Origin: Candidatus Hydrogenedentota bacterium
GTDB lineage: Bacteria; Hydrogenedentota; Hydrogenedentia; Hydrogenedentales; SLHB01
Assembly: GCA_963674865.2 (NCBI GenBank)
Contig: CAXXYE010000007.1
Coordinates: 32,001-96,000 of the forward strand
Direction of reading: 5' to 3'
Length of the DNA: 64,000 nt
The position numbers and the translations under genes were made by a program. Shown one piece after another: positions 28,843-37,683 of this stretch; within the stretch, counting starts at the first letter, position 1; each line of letters opens with the position of its first letter. The notes below the pieces were generated by a model, which worked only from the letters and a program-made list of their open reading frames with translations, had not been told where the DNA came from and did not search any database.

Positions 28843-30137
28843 TGAGAGTCGCCCTGATCAACCCGTCGGCACCGGCGGCGCTGAAGAAGGAGAACCTGGG
28901 ACTCGCCTATCTGGCTGCGTCGCTCCAACAGGCAGGGCATCAAACCTGTATAGTCGACGAGATTGCCGGGCAGAAGGTGGAGGAAGCCCTGGCTGCCTTC
29001 AGGCCTGACCTCGCGGGTATCTCGTTCATGACGATGTACGCGCCGCGCGCCTACGCCCTGGCGACGGCGATCCGGAAGAACCGCGGCATCCCGATTGTCT
29101 TCGGCGGCACGCATCCGACGGCGTTGCCGCAGGAGGCACTTCAATACGCGGATTGTGTGGTGCGAGGCGAGGGTGAAATCGCGTTGCCCAGACTCTTGGA
29201 CGCAGGGCGCATCGAAGGCGTTGTCGAGGCGGAGCCACCCGAAGATCTGGACGCCCTGCCGCTGCCCGACCGTTCGCAGCTCGATCTTGCGTTCTACGCG
29301 GGGGCCGGGGAGGAGTTGGCCGGGCTGTCCTACCGGACGTTGGGCGTGATCACCTCGCGAGGATGTCCCTTTCGCTGTGACTTCTGTGTCAACTCGAAGC
29401 GCAGCACCACGCTCCGCTTCCACAGCCCGGCGCGTGTCGTCGAAGAGGTCCGCTACCTCGCGGACAGGCATCACATTGAGAGTATCGCATTCTACGATGA
29501 GCTGATGGCAACGGACACGGAGCGTTTCCGGACCATCTGTGAGGAAATGATCCGCGCGGGTTTGAACCGATTGCGCTGGGAGTGTCAGATGCACCCCCGC
29601 ACCATCCGCGAGGATCTCTTGCCTCTGATGAAGCGGGCCGGATGTGTTCAGGTGGCCGTCGGATTCGAGAGCGGTAGCCAGCGCATCTTGGAGCGTATTC
29701 ACAAGAGTACCAATGTTGAGGAGAATATTGCGGCGGCATGCAAGGTGCGCGAGGCGGGACTTCGGCTTCGCGGGTGCTTTGTCTTCGGCGTGCCGGGCGA
29801 AACACGCGGCGATATCCGCAAGACGGAGGACTTTGTCAAGACCGCGAAGCCTGACTTCGTCTCGATGCATTTCCTGACGCCGCTGCCCGGAACCGCCCTG
29901 TTTGACGATTTCGAAGAGGAGATTGCCGCGGCGCGGATTCCCTGGGATACGTTCACCTCGGGCAATCCGGACACGTTCCAGTGCAACGGCGAGATATCCC
30001 GGGAGGAGCAGAAACGGCTTTTCGAGAAGATGACCGCCCGCTTCGCGTTCCGCAACTATGGGTTGGGCGACATGATTCGCCGGGCCTTGAAGAATCCGCG
30101 CCATGCGCTCCACGTTGCCGGCAAACTCCTGCGGTAA
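28842..30137 (+). CDS. B12-binding radical SAM protein
   Basis: LGLAYLAA, GGTHPT, RGEGE, SRGCPFRCDFC, GFESGSQR and TPLPGT motifs; TGATG coupling to the upstream gene. Confidence 0.92.
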   Translation: MRVALINPSAPAALKKENLGLAYLAASLQQAGHQTCIVDEIAGQKVEEALAAFRPDLAGISFMTMYAPRAYALATAIRKNRGIPIVFGGTHPTALPQEALQYADCVVRGEGEIALPRLLDAGRIEGVVEAEPPEDLDALPLPDRSQLDLAFYAGAGEELAGLSYRTLGVITSRGCPFRCDFCVNSKRSTTLRFHSPARVVEEVRYLADRHHIESIAFYDELMATDTERFRTICEEMIRAGLNRLRWECQMHPRTIREDLLPLMKRAGCVQVAVGFESGSQRILERIHKSTNVEENIAAACKVREAGLRLRGCFVFGVPGETRGDIRKTEDFVKTAKPDFVSMHFLTPLPGTALFDDFEEEIAAARIPWDTFTSGNPDTFQCNGEISREEQKRLFEKMTARFAFRNYGLGDMIRRALKNPRHALHVAGKLLR

Positions 30138-30238
30138 GCGGCCCGAGGAGAGTCCGGCGGCAATGCGGCCGGTTTGCATCGGCCCTGCTAGGGCCATTAG
30201 ATTTGGGTGGGAGAAGCGTAGGAACGGCGGATGACTCG

Positions 30239-30934
30239 ATGAAATATGCCGAGAAATACGAGCAGTGCTGCCTGGATGCGCCGGGTGTGCTTCAACGCTG
30301 GTTTATCAATCTGCTGGCGCGCAAGGCCCACGCGTTGGGCCAGAAAGGCCACAAGATCTGGTCCTTGAAGTACGTCCTGGAAACGTATTGTTCCGGACAG
30401 ACGGGGCTACGCGTGCTGGACTGTGGCGCATGGAATGGCTGGTTCTTGAGCTACGATACTCCGGCCCTCGCGCAGCGGATTGCCCTCGATTTCGACGACC
30501 ACTTCGCCAAGGAAATGCGTGCCGAAGGCATCGAGTTTGTGCTTGCTGATATGGAGAAGGGCGCTTTTCCCTTCGCGGCGTCATCCATGGACATGGTTAG
30601 CATGACGAGCACGCTCGAGCACCTCGGCCGCCCGGAGCACATCGCGACGGAGATCGGCCGCGTTCTGCGGCCCGGAGGGCTTGTCTTCGTAACGGTGCCC
30701 GACATCATGAAGTACAAGTTCCGCTTCTGGGATGATGTCACGCACAAACGTCCCTTCAACGCCAAGTCGCTGCGATTTCTGTTTGAAACGCACGGATTCG
30801 AGACGATTATATTGTGTCCTTACAATCATAACCTGTTCATTGCCGGAAACCTGTTCCCGAAGGCAATACACCGCGTCTTGATGTGTTTCCGCGGGAACGC
30901 CCTGATGTACGTCGGCAGAAGGGTAGGTGCATGA
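30239..30934 (+). CDS. Class I SAM-dependent methyltransferase
   Basis: VLDCGAWNG motif I, LEHL and RVLRPGG. Confidence 0.88.
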   Translation: MKYAEKYEQCCLDAPGVLQRWFINLLARKAHALGQKGHKIWSLKYVLETYCSGQTGLRVLDCGAWNGWFLSYDTPALAQRIALDFDDHFAKEMRAEGIEFVLADMEKGAFPFAASSMDMVSMTSTLEHLGRPEHIATEIGRVLRPGGLVFVTVPDIMKYKFRFWDDVTHKRPFNAKSLRFLFETHGFETIILCPYNHNLFIAGNLFPKAIHRVLMCFRGNALMYVGRRVGA

Positions 30935-30988
30935 TCGACGCGAGGTCCATGGACGCAAACGAATGTCCCCTATGGGGGAGCGCGCGCG

Positions 30989-31714
30989 ATGGAGATTAGG
31001 GGGAAGAACATCCTCATTACGGGGGCCTCCAGGGGTATTGGACGCTACCTCGCTACCTACCTTGCGCCGAAGGCAGCCATGCTCGTTCTCGCCGCCCGCG
31101 ATGTTGCTCAACTCCAGATAACGGCAGTTGAAGTCCGAAAGGCGGGTGGGCAGTGCCTGGTGCAGCCTTGCGATTTATGTGAACCAGCGACGCTTGACAT
31201 GCTGGCGCAGGCGGGCCGGGAACAGGCGGGCGGCGTGGATATCCTGATCAATAACGCCGCCGACGTGACATCGAAGCCCTTTCTCGACACTTCGGCGGAC
31301 GAAATTGAGCGTCTGATTCGCACGAACGTCATTGGCCCCCTCCAATTGGCGCGACTGATTGCGCCGATGATGCTGGCGCGCGGCGGGGGAATGATCGTGA
31401 ATATCTCGTCTTTGGCAGGTTGTAAGCCTAATCCCACTCAGACCGTCTACAGTATCTCGAAGGCGGCGGTAAACGGTATGTCCGAGGCGCTGCGGCAGGA
31501 GTTCCGAGGTGCGGGCATCAATGTGATGAACGTGGCACTGGGGTCCATTGCGGTGGCGGCGCCGGAGGGAAGAGGCCGGTATCCCGTGGCGGTGTTTGCC
31601 CGTAAGCTCGAACGAGCGATCACGCGCGAGGAGCCCGAAGTCTATCTTTCGCCCGTGACAAAATGGCTGATGCGCGTGTACAGGGCCTGTCCGTTCCTCA
31701 TGCAGCTTCGCTGA
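30989..31714 (+). CDS. Short-chain dehydrogenase/reductase
   Basis: TGASRGIG, DILINNA, NISS and YSISK motifs. Confidence 0.92.
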   Translation: MEIRGKNILITGASRGIGRYLATYLAPKAAMLVLAARDVAQLQITAVEVRKAGGQCLVQPCDLCEPATLDMLAQAGREQAGGVDILINNAADVTSKPFLDTSADEIERLIRTNVIGPLQLARLIAPMMLARGGGMIVNISSLAGCKPNPTQTVYSISKAAVNGMSEALRQEFRGAGINVMNVALGSIAVAAPEGRGRYPVAVFARKLERAITREEPEVYLSPVTKWLMRVYRACPFLMQLR

Positions 31715-31745
31715 GGCGACTCAGGGCCTTCGCCCTACGTCCAGT

Positions 31746-31853
31746 TCACGACTCTTCCTGGGACAGAAACGGCGCGATAATCGCCATCACAATCACAAAG
31801 AAGAACTCGATGAAGGATTCATAGATGTGCGAAAAGAGTCCTGCGAACCACAT
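31746..31853 (-). CDS. 35-aa small hydrophobic protein (not in ORF track)
   Basis: AGGAGG 7 nt before ATG; translation MWFAGLFSHIYESFIEFFFVIVMAIIAPFLSQEES. Confidence 0.6.
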   Translation of the reverse strand: MWFAGLFSHIYESFIEFFFVIVMAIIAPFLSQEES

Positions 31854-32087
31854 GGCGTGTCCTCCTTGGTCTATGGCTAGAGGATACGTGAAGCGCGCAG
31901 GGCCTTTCACCTTCGGCGCCGCCAAAAAGCCGCCCTGCCCACTGACGCCGCACGGTACTGAACCTAGCCAAGCGAGCCAGCTGTGCTATACTGCGTCAGA
32001 CGGTGAAGCGTGTCTTCTGACTTGCGGGGGTGGGCATGCCCGACGTTCTTCGGCTTACTCGCCTCCAACGCTACGGGGGGACGAACG

Positions 32088-33377
32088 ATGAACGATCAGC
32101 CAGATCACAGTCAGGCGCAGCGCTTGATGGACAATGGCCAGTTCGCCTTGGCCCTGGCCATGCTCAAAGGGGTGGAAGGCGCCACGCCGGCCGTTGAGTA
32201 TCGCAAGGGATTCTGTTTGGCCGCCTTGGGCCGGACCACCGAGGCCCGTGCCGTGGTGCAGCATCTGAAGGAGCTGGGCCATGTGGCCATGGCTCAACGA
32301 TTGGCGGCGAAGATCGCCGAGGAGGACCCGTTCAGTCTGGAACCGTCCCGGACGTCTGCGTCTCCGCCGATTAAGGGCGATGGGGGCGGCCGCTGGTACC
32401 GGTATGGACTGGTTATTGCGTTGGCTGGGCTGTGTGTGCTTGTCGGGGCACTCTTGGGGGTCGAGTTCCTGGCCCATGCACGTGGTACACGCCCACCGAC
32501 GCGCCCTGTCTCCACGTTGCCTTTGGAGCGTAACGTGTCCGCGGCGCCCACGGGAGCGCAGGCGCCGATGTCGCCTCCTTCCCAGATGGCGGACGGCCCC
32601 ACCAACCTAACGGGTGTGTGGCAAAGCGTGGACTATGTCGATCAAGTTGCGGACTTCAAACCTGGCGCCAAAAACTGGAGCGGCGACCTCTTCCTGAAAG
32701 AACTACGCTGCACGGCGAACGGCCTGACCTCCCTTTCCTGGCGCTGGGGCGATGGCTGGATTACGCACTCGGACGGCCGGACGCAAGCGCAGTACTACGT
32801 CAAGATGGCTGGGGATACTCCGTATCTCTTCTTGCCTTGGTTGAGTGGCGACGTGACGGAGCGGGGGCAGGAGCCTGACTACTACGTCCTGAAAAAGGCA
32901 AGTTATGCGCAGCGTACAACAGCGCAAGCGCAGGTGCCGGCTCAATACGCAGCCAAGCACACGCTGAAGCCCGAAATGGTGGCAGAGAGAGCGCAAGCGG
33001 AAGGCCCCACTCCAGTTAGGCGCGGGCCGCCACAGAGGAAGCCGCTTGTTTGGACGGACGGTTCGCCGGATCTCACGGGAGTATGGCGAGGTGTCGATTT
33101 CGTGCAAGAGATCTCGGACTTCAGGCCGGGCACAAAGTCGTGGGAAGGGGCTCTTACCATAACCAGTCTGCGGTGTTATTCTAACGGCAAGACGTCGAGG
33201 CAGGACTATCGATGGGGCAATGGATGGCTCGTGCGGGTCGATGGGCGCGCCCAGGCGCTGTACCACGTGGGAGTTGTCAACGGGAACGCGTACCTCTTCT
33301 TCCCTTGGCTTAGCGGCGATGTGTTCCTGCGCGGGCAGAGGCCTCACTACTACGTGCTGAAACGTGTCGGTAACTGA
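32088..33377 (+). CDS. Bitopic membrane protein: TPR-like N-terminus, one TM helix, two tandem copies of an approximately 100-aa extracytoplasmic domain
   Basis: The repeat LTGVWxxVDxV...DFxPGxKxWxG...WG.GW....DGRxQA.Y...YLFxPWLSGDV..RGQxPxYYVLK occurs twice. Confidence 0.8.
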   Translation: MNDQPDHSQAQRLMDNGQFALALAMLKGVEGATPAVEYRKGFCLAALGRTTEARAVVQHLKELGHVAMAQRLAAKIAEEDPFSLEPSRTSASPPIKGDGGGRWYRYGLVIALAGLCVLVGALLGVEFLAHARGTRPPTRPVSTLPLERNVSAAPTGAQAPMSPPSQMADGPTNLTGVWQSVDYVDQVADFKPGAKNWSGDLFLKELRCTANGLTSLSWRWGDGWITHSDGRTQAQYYVKMAGDTPYLFLPWLSGDVTERGQEPDYYVLKKASYAQRTTAQAQVPAQYAAKHTLKPEMVAERAQAEGPTPVRRGPPQRKPLVWTDGSPDLTGVWRGVDFVQEISDFRPGTKSWEGALTITSLRCYSNGKTSRQDYRWGNGWLVRVDGRAQALYHVGVVNGNAYLFFPWLSGDVFLRGQRPHYYVLKRVGN

Positions 33378-33425
33378 CGCCACCTGAGTTTCCTCGGCGG
33401 GCAGTTTGAAACCGTTCCGGTGAGG

Positions 33426-34640
33426 CTAACGGCGGCGGAACAGGCTTCGCCGCCGCCGCCGGGTCGTGCCCCGTTTGGCTTTCGACGGCTCGTCCTGCGG
33501 CGGGGTGTAGAGGTTGAGCACCGTGACGGCGCCTTCCCAATCAGCCCGGGGGAGATTCTTCCCCAGGGCGCGCTCGATGGCCTCCAGCGCGATGTGATCC
33601 CTTGGACATACGAAAGTGACGGCGTCCCCGTCGGCGCTTGCCCTCGCGGTGCGGCCGATGCGGTGAATGTAGTCGTCGGGGTTTTCCGGGATATCATAGT
33701 TGATGACGTGGCTGATGCCTTCGATGTCGAGCCCGCGCGCGGCCACGTCGGTGGCGATCAGGAGTTGATACCGGCCGGAGCGAAATCCTTCGAGGGCCTG
33801 TTCGCGCTGCCGTTGAGAGCGATCGCCGTGAATTGCCTGCGCCTTGAATCCGGCCTTGCGCAGGCTTCTCATAACGCGCTCCGTGTGGCGCTTGGTTCGC
33901 AGGAATACGAGCCCGGACGCAATGTCCTGCTCCTTCAGGATCTTCAGGAGGAGGTCCATCTTGCTACCGGGCATGACTGTATAGACTGTCTGGCGAACCG
34001 TATCCACCGGTTTCGCGACGGCCCCGACGGCGATGCGCTCGGGATCGCGCAACATGTCCTTCGCCAGGCGGGCAATCTCGTTTGGAAACGTGGCCGAGCA
34101 CATGAGGGTCTGCCGATCCTCGGGCAGCCGCCGCAGGATCCGCCAGATATCAGGCAGGAATCCCATGTCGAGCATCCGATCGGCCTCATCGAGCACCAGG
34201 ATCTGAAGGTCGGCGAAGTTGACGTTCCCTCGGCCCATGTGGTCCAGGAGGCGGCCCGGCGTAGCCACCACAACGGCGCACCCATGGCGTAGCGCGCGCG
34301 TCTGATTCTCAAGTCCGACGCCGCCGTACAGGCAAACCGTGCGCAGGTGGAGGCTCTTGCCGAGATCCTTGATCACGGAGTGAACTTGGTTTGCCAGCTC
34401 CCGCGTTGGGGTGAGGACAAGCATCATGTTCCGCTTGACGGGCCCCGCCGCGAGGCGCGTCAGCGAGGGCAAGGAGAACGCGAGCGTCTTGCCTGTGCCC
34501 GTCTGCGCTATGGCGATCAAGTCTTTTCCCGTCAGTGCGACAGGGATCGCCTGTTGCTGAACGGGGGTGGGCTCGGAAATCTCTTGCGAGCGGAGCACAC
34601 TCTGGCAGCGTGGGTCGATGTCAAAGTCTTCGAAGGACAT
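33426..34640 (-). CDS. rhlE: DEAD-box ATP-dependent RNA helicase (RhlE-like)
   Basis: AQTGTGKT, PTRELA, TPGRL, DEAD, SAT, ARGLD and HRIGRTAR motifs. Confidence 0.93.
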   Translation of the reverse strand: MSFEDFDIDPRCQSVLRSQEISEPTPVQQQAIPVALTGKDLIAIAQTGTGKTLAFSLPSLTRLAAGPVKRNMMLVLTPTRELANQVHSVIKDLGKSLHLRTVCLYGGVGLENQTRALRHGCAVVVATPGRLLDHMGRGNVNFADLQILVLDEADRMLDMGFLPDIWRILRRLPEDRQTLMCSATFPNEIARLAKDMLRDPERIAVGAVAKPVDTVRQTVYTVMPGSKMDLLLKILKEQDIASGLVFLRTKRHTERVMRSLRKAGFKAQAIHGDRSQRQREQALEGFRSGRYQLLIATDVAARGLDIEGISHVINYDIPENPDDYIHRIGRTARASADGDAVTFVCPRDHIALEAIERALGKNLPRADWEGAVTVLNLYTPPQDEPSKAKRGTTRRRRRSLFRRR

Positions 34641-34780
34641 ATCCCTCCATTTCATTCACGCGGTGGGCCGTCGAACAGGGACAATGGAACTCGAAACACG
34701 CGGACGCCACCAGAGAATCGATACCAGCAGCGTCGCGCGCTCCGAACGGTGCGGCTTCGCACGTCACTGGCGTGTACGTG

Positions 34781-34809
34781 ATAATACGCGCGCTGTCTGC
34801 GGCCGTCAA
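34781..34809 (-). promoter_or_regulatory. Sigma-70 promoter of the DEAD-box helicase
   Basis: Minus strand TTGACG-N17-TATTAT. Confidence 0.6.
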
Positions 34810-34895
34810 CCTGGCCTGCGTGCCTTGTCAAGACTCTTTAGAAATGTCACATGTTGGGACTCATTAGAAATGTCCTATGCTCGATGGTTGCAGAA

Positions 34896-35019
34896 GCGAG
34901 TTATCCAAGGTCTGTGGTCAGGTGCGTAGCAGCTGTCCCCAGACCGTCATATCCACATCCAGCGCGAAGCGCGCGGGCGCATAGCGCTCGTCGAGGATGT
35001 GGATATGTGGGTAACTCGC
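34896..35019 (+). other. Multi-branched secondary-structure element in the non-coding 3' end of the IS
   Basis: P1 34896-34907/35008-35019, P2 34909-34921/34933-34945, P3 34948-34960/34995-35007 (perfect 13 bp). Confidence 0.7.
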
Positions 35020-35023
35020 GTGC

Positions 35024-36364
35024 TCACCTTTCTTTTGCGTTCATGAGAGGTAGGCGTTGGACGTTGGGCCGCCAGCGCTTGTAGGGCGCGGGGGGAGCGT
35101 TCTTCTTCTTGGGCTTGGCGGGGGGCTGGACCTGTTGGACTCGTTGCTGCCCTTCTCGTTTGTATTGCTTGACCGTGAGCCTGCGGTAGTCAAGGTCCTG
35201 GTCTTTGTAGAGCAGCCTGATGCCGCCGTGCAGATGGGTGCGGACCAGAATCCTGTCTTTGGGCCGGGGCAGAGGACTGTTGTTCTTGAGGATTTGGTAG
35301 TAATGATTCCCGAAACGGACGGTCCAGTCGTTTTGGACGACGCGCAGTTCCTCGAAGCAAAAAATGTCATGCAGCTCAAGGCCTTTGGGTGGAGGACGGT
35401 GATAGTCCAGTTCCTCACGGGGCGCAATGGCGAACTTGGCGTTCAGAGCGTCACAAAAGCTTTCGTAGAGCAGCTTGTCGGCGGTGGCGATGGTGGTGAT
35501 GCGCCGCAAGGCGAGTTCCTTGACGAACCGGTTCTGGTATGTGCCGTTGGAGCGCTCGACGCGGCCTTTGGCTTGAGGCGAAGTCGCGGGGATGATGACG
35601 ATTCCCAGCTTATAGCAGGCCTCTCCGAATTGAGTCAGCGGCTCGCGCCCCGCCAGTTGCTCTTCGAGCGTGGGCTCCCGGCCGGTGATGTAGACGTTCT
35701 TTCGGTCCGTATACAGCGCCCGAGGAATACCGTATTTCTCGATCCACCGCCACAGAAGCTGCATGGCGGCCTGCTTCGTTTCTTGCTCGGCCATGAGCGC
35801 CAAGGTTTCTCCTGTGGCGTCATCTATCATGTTCATCAGACAAGTTTGGCCTTGGTCCGGCCCGAACCAGTGGTGGTGACTCCCATCCATCTGCACCAGC
35901 TCTCCGAAATGGGCTCGCCGCTCCCTGCGGGAGCGATGCCGGCGCCCGGTGTCTCCCTTCGCCCAGAGCCCCTGCTCAAGCAGCCAGCGCCGTAACGTCT
36001 CGTGGTCGATGCACAGGCCTTCCTCCGCCAGCTTCTCCGCGGCCAGGGTCGGCCCCAAATCGTGTTCTCTATAGCGTTCCTGATAGCGCCGAAGGACTTT
36101 GTCCCGGAACGCGGCAGGCTTGGCTCGATTAGACGCCCGGCCCCGGTTGCGATGCACCAACCCCTCATCTCCCTCTGACACGAAGCGTGCGTGTATCCGC
36201 AGCGCCTGCCGGTAGCTCACTTCCATGCGCCGCGCCGCTTCCGCCAGGGTCATATGCTTTCCCACAACAAGCTCCAACAACGACTTACGCATCAATTCCT
36301 TGCGACTCATCTTCAAATGCCCTTCCACGGCAGCCCTCCAAGTGAAAGGCTCCAATTGTGACAT
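35024..36364 (-). CDS. ISNCY/IS1202-family DDE transposase
   Basis: HTH N-terminus, RRERRAHFGELVQMDGSHHHWF, IDDATG, ALYTDR and SPQAKGRVER motifs. Real start may be about 36311 (MSRKEL). Confidence 0.92.
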   Translation of the reverse strand: MSQLEPFTWRAAVEGHLKMSRKELMRKSLLELVVGKHMTLAEAARRMEVSYRQALRIHARFVSEGDEGLVHRNRGRASNRAKPAAFRDKVLRRYQERYREHDLGPTLAAEKLAEEGLCIDHETLRRWLLEQGLWAKGDTGRRHRSRRERRAHFGELVQMDGSHHHWFGPDQGQTCLMNMIDDATGETLALMAEQETKQAAMQLLWRWIEKYGIPRALYTDRKNVYITGREPTLEEQLAGREPLTQFGEACYKLGIVIIPATSPQAKGRVERSNGTYQNRFVKELALRRITTIATADKLLYESFCDALNAKFAIAPREELDYHRPPPKGLELHDIFCFEELRVVQNDWTVRFGNHYYQILKNNSPLPRPKDRILVRTHLHGGIRLLYKDQDLDYRRLTVKQYKREGQQRVQQVQPPAKPKKKNAPPAPYKRWRPNVQRLPLMNAKER

Positions 36365-36464
36365 TTCTAATGAGTCGAGGGGGTGACACTATCAAAGAGT
36401 CGCGACACCTGGCCTGCGTGCCTGCGCCCGCTTCGTGCGGTAGGTGTCAAGCGTGTACTTCGTC

Positions 36465-37608
36465 TGCAGATTCCAATACTAAGTGCACAGCGGAGTGTTT
36501 GCCGCTGTAGGGAGCGCAGCAGGGAGATGAAAGGAAGACATCGGGCCCAGTTCTGTATTCTGGGAGTTCCTACACAACCAGCACCGAAAAGGAGTCCCGA
36601 TGTCTTACACCCAGTTTACCGTAATGGAACGTGCGCAGATCGAGCTTCTTCATCAGCAGGGGCACTCGCATTCCGCCATTGGCCGGATGCTGGGCCGTCA
36701 TGCATCCAGCGTGGGCCGTGAGCTGACGCGCAACTCGACGGCCGGTAGCTATGACGCCGAAAAGGCGCAGGCCCTTTATGAGGAGCGTCGCAAGGCCTGT
36801 CGCCCCAAGGGCCGGCTGGCCCACGAACCCCTGCGCGAGTACGTGGAAGAGAAGATCGCCGTGGAGGAACTCAGTCCTGAACTGGTATCGGGCTGCCTGC
36901 AACTGGACTTCCCGCAAGCTCCGAAGATGCGGGTGTGCCCGGAAACCCTCTACAGCGCCATCTACGCCAACCGTCACCATCTTGATTACCTTCAGGACTA
37001 CCTTCCTCAGAAGCGTCGGACCCGCCAGAAACGGGGCCAGCAGAAAGGCCGGCGGGGCACCTCGATCCCGAACCGCGTGGGTATCGAGGAGCGTCCGGCC
37101 GCCGTGGAGGAACGCAAGGAGATTGGTCATTGGGAAGGGGACTTGGTCGTGGGGAAAGGACAAGACGGCTTCATCGTAACACGGGTTGAGCGCACTTCAC
37201 GCCTACTGGAGGCGGTGAAAGTCCAGAGCAAGCGCGCCAAGGAAGTCAGCCAGGCCGTCATACAAGTCCTCATGGAACGGCCCATCTCCTGGGTGAAATC
37301 CATCACCTTCGACAACGGCACCGAATTCAGTGACCACCAGACCCTGTCGCAGCAGTTGGGTGTCGACGTGTACTTCGCCGACCCCTACGCCGCCTACCAG
37401 CGTGGAAGCAACGAGCAGGTCAACGGACGCATCCGTCGCTACCTGCCCAAAGGCACAAGCTTCCAGAACCTTACACAAGACCAGATCGACTACATCGTCG
37501 AGAGGATAAACAATCGGCCAAGGAAATGTCTGGGATTCAGAACGCCAGCCCAAGTCTTCCAGCTACAGCGGCAAACGCACCTCTGTGCACTTAGAACTTG
37601 ATTGTGGG
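36465..37608 (+). mobile_element. IS30-family insertion sequence
   Basis: About 44-bp imperfect terminal inverted repeats (cagattccaatactaagtgcacagcggagtgtttgccgctgtag / ctacagcggcaaacgcacctctgtgcacttagaacttgattgtg). Exact ends +/- 2 bp. Confidence 0.85.
36600..37601 (+). CDS. IS30-family transposase
   Basis: HTH, GHWEGDLVVG, SITFDNGTEF, QRGSNEQVNGRIRRYLPK and INNRPRKCLGF motifs. Confidence 0.95.
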   Translation: MSYTQFTVMERAQIELLHQQGHSHSAIGRMLGRHASSVGRELTRNSTAGSYDAEKAQALYEERRKACRPKGRLAHEPLREYVEEKIAVEELSPELVSGCLQLDFPQAPKMRVCPETLYSAIYANRHHLDYLQDYLPQKRRTRQKRGQQKGRRGTSIPNRVGIEERPAAVEERKEIGHWEGDLVVGKGQDGFIVTRVERTSRLLEAVKVQSKRAKEVSQAVIQVLMERPISWVKSITFDNGTEFSDHQTLSQQLGVDVYFADPYAAYQRGSNEQVNGRIRRYLPKGTSFQNLTQDQIDYIVERINNRPRKCLGFRTPAQVFQLQRQTHLCALRT

Positions 37609-37683
37609 GTCCGTTTGCATCCGAAGATGGATGTGCTAAAGTGTGCCGGAAGCAAGAGGGCAATGCTGCGGGAGGATACGGCA

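Larger units (their letters stand above)
34826..36407 (-). mobile_element. IS1202/ISNCY-family insertion sequence (1582 bp) with 16-bp target-site duplication
   Basis: TGT...ACA ends; two GACTC(T/A)TTAGAAATGTC-like repeats at each end; flanking direct repeat CCTGGCCTGCGTGCCT at 34810-34825 and 36408-36423. Confidence 0.9.

Noticed and set aside
28743..30197. 484-aa minus-strand ORF
   Set aside because: Antisense shadow of the B12-radical SAM gene.
34826..34831. Outward-facing TTGACA at the IS end as a hybrid promoter for the helicase
   Set aside because: No -10 hexamer at 16-18 bp spacing; the native promoter remains intact.
34830..34876. Short direct repeats TTAGAAATGTC (also at 46205-46240) as a CRISPR-like array
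   Set aside because: Only two short copies with spacers of about 15 nt and no cas genes; explained as IS terminal binding sites.
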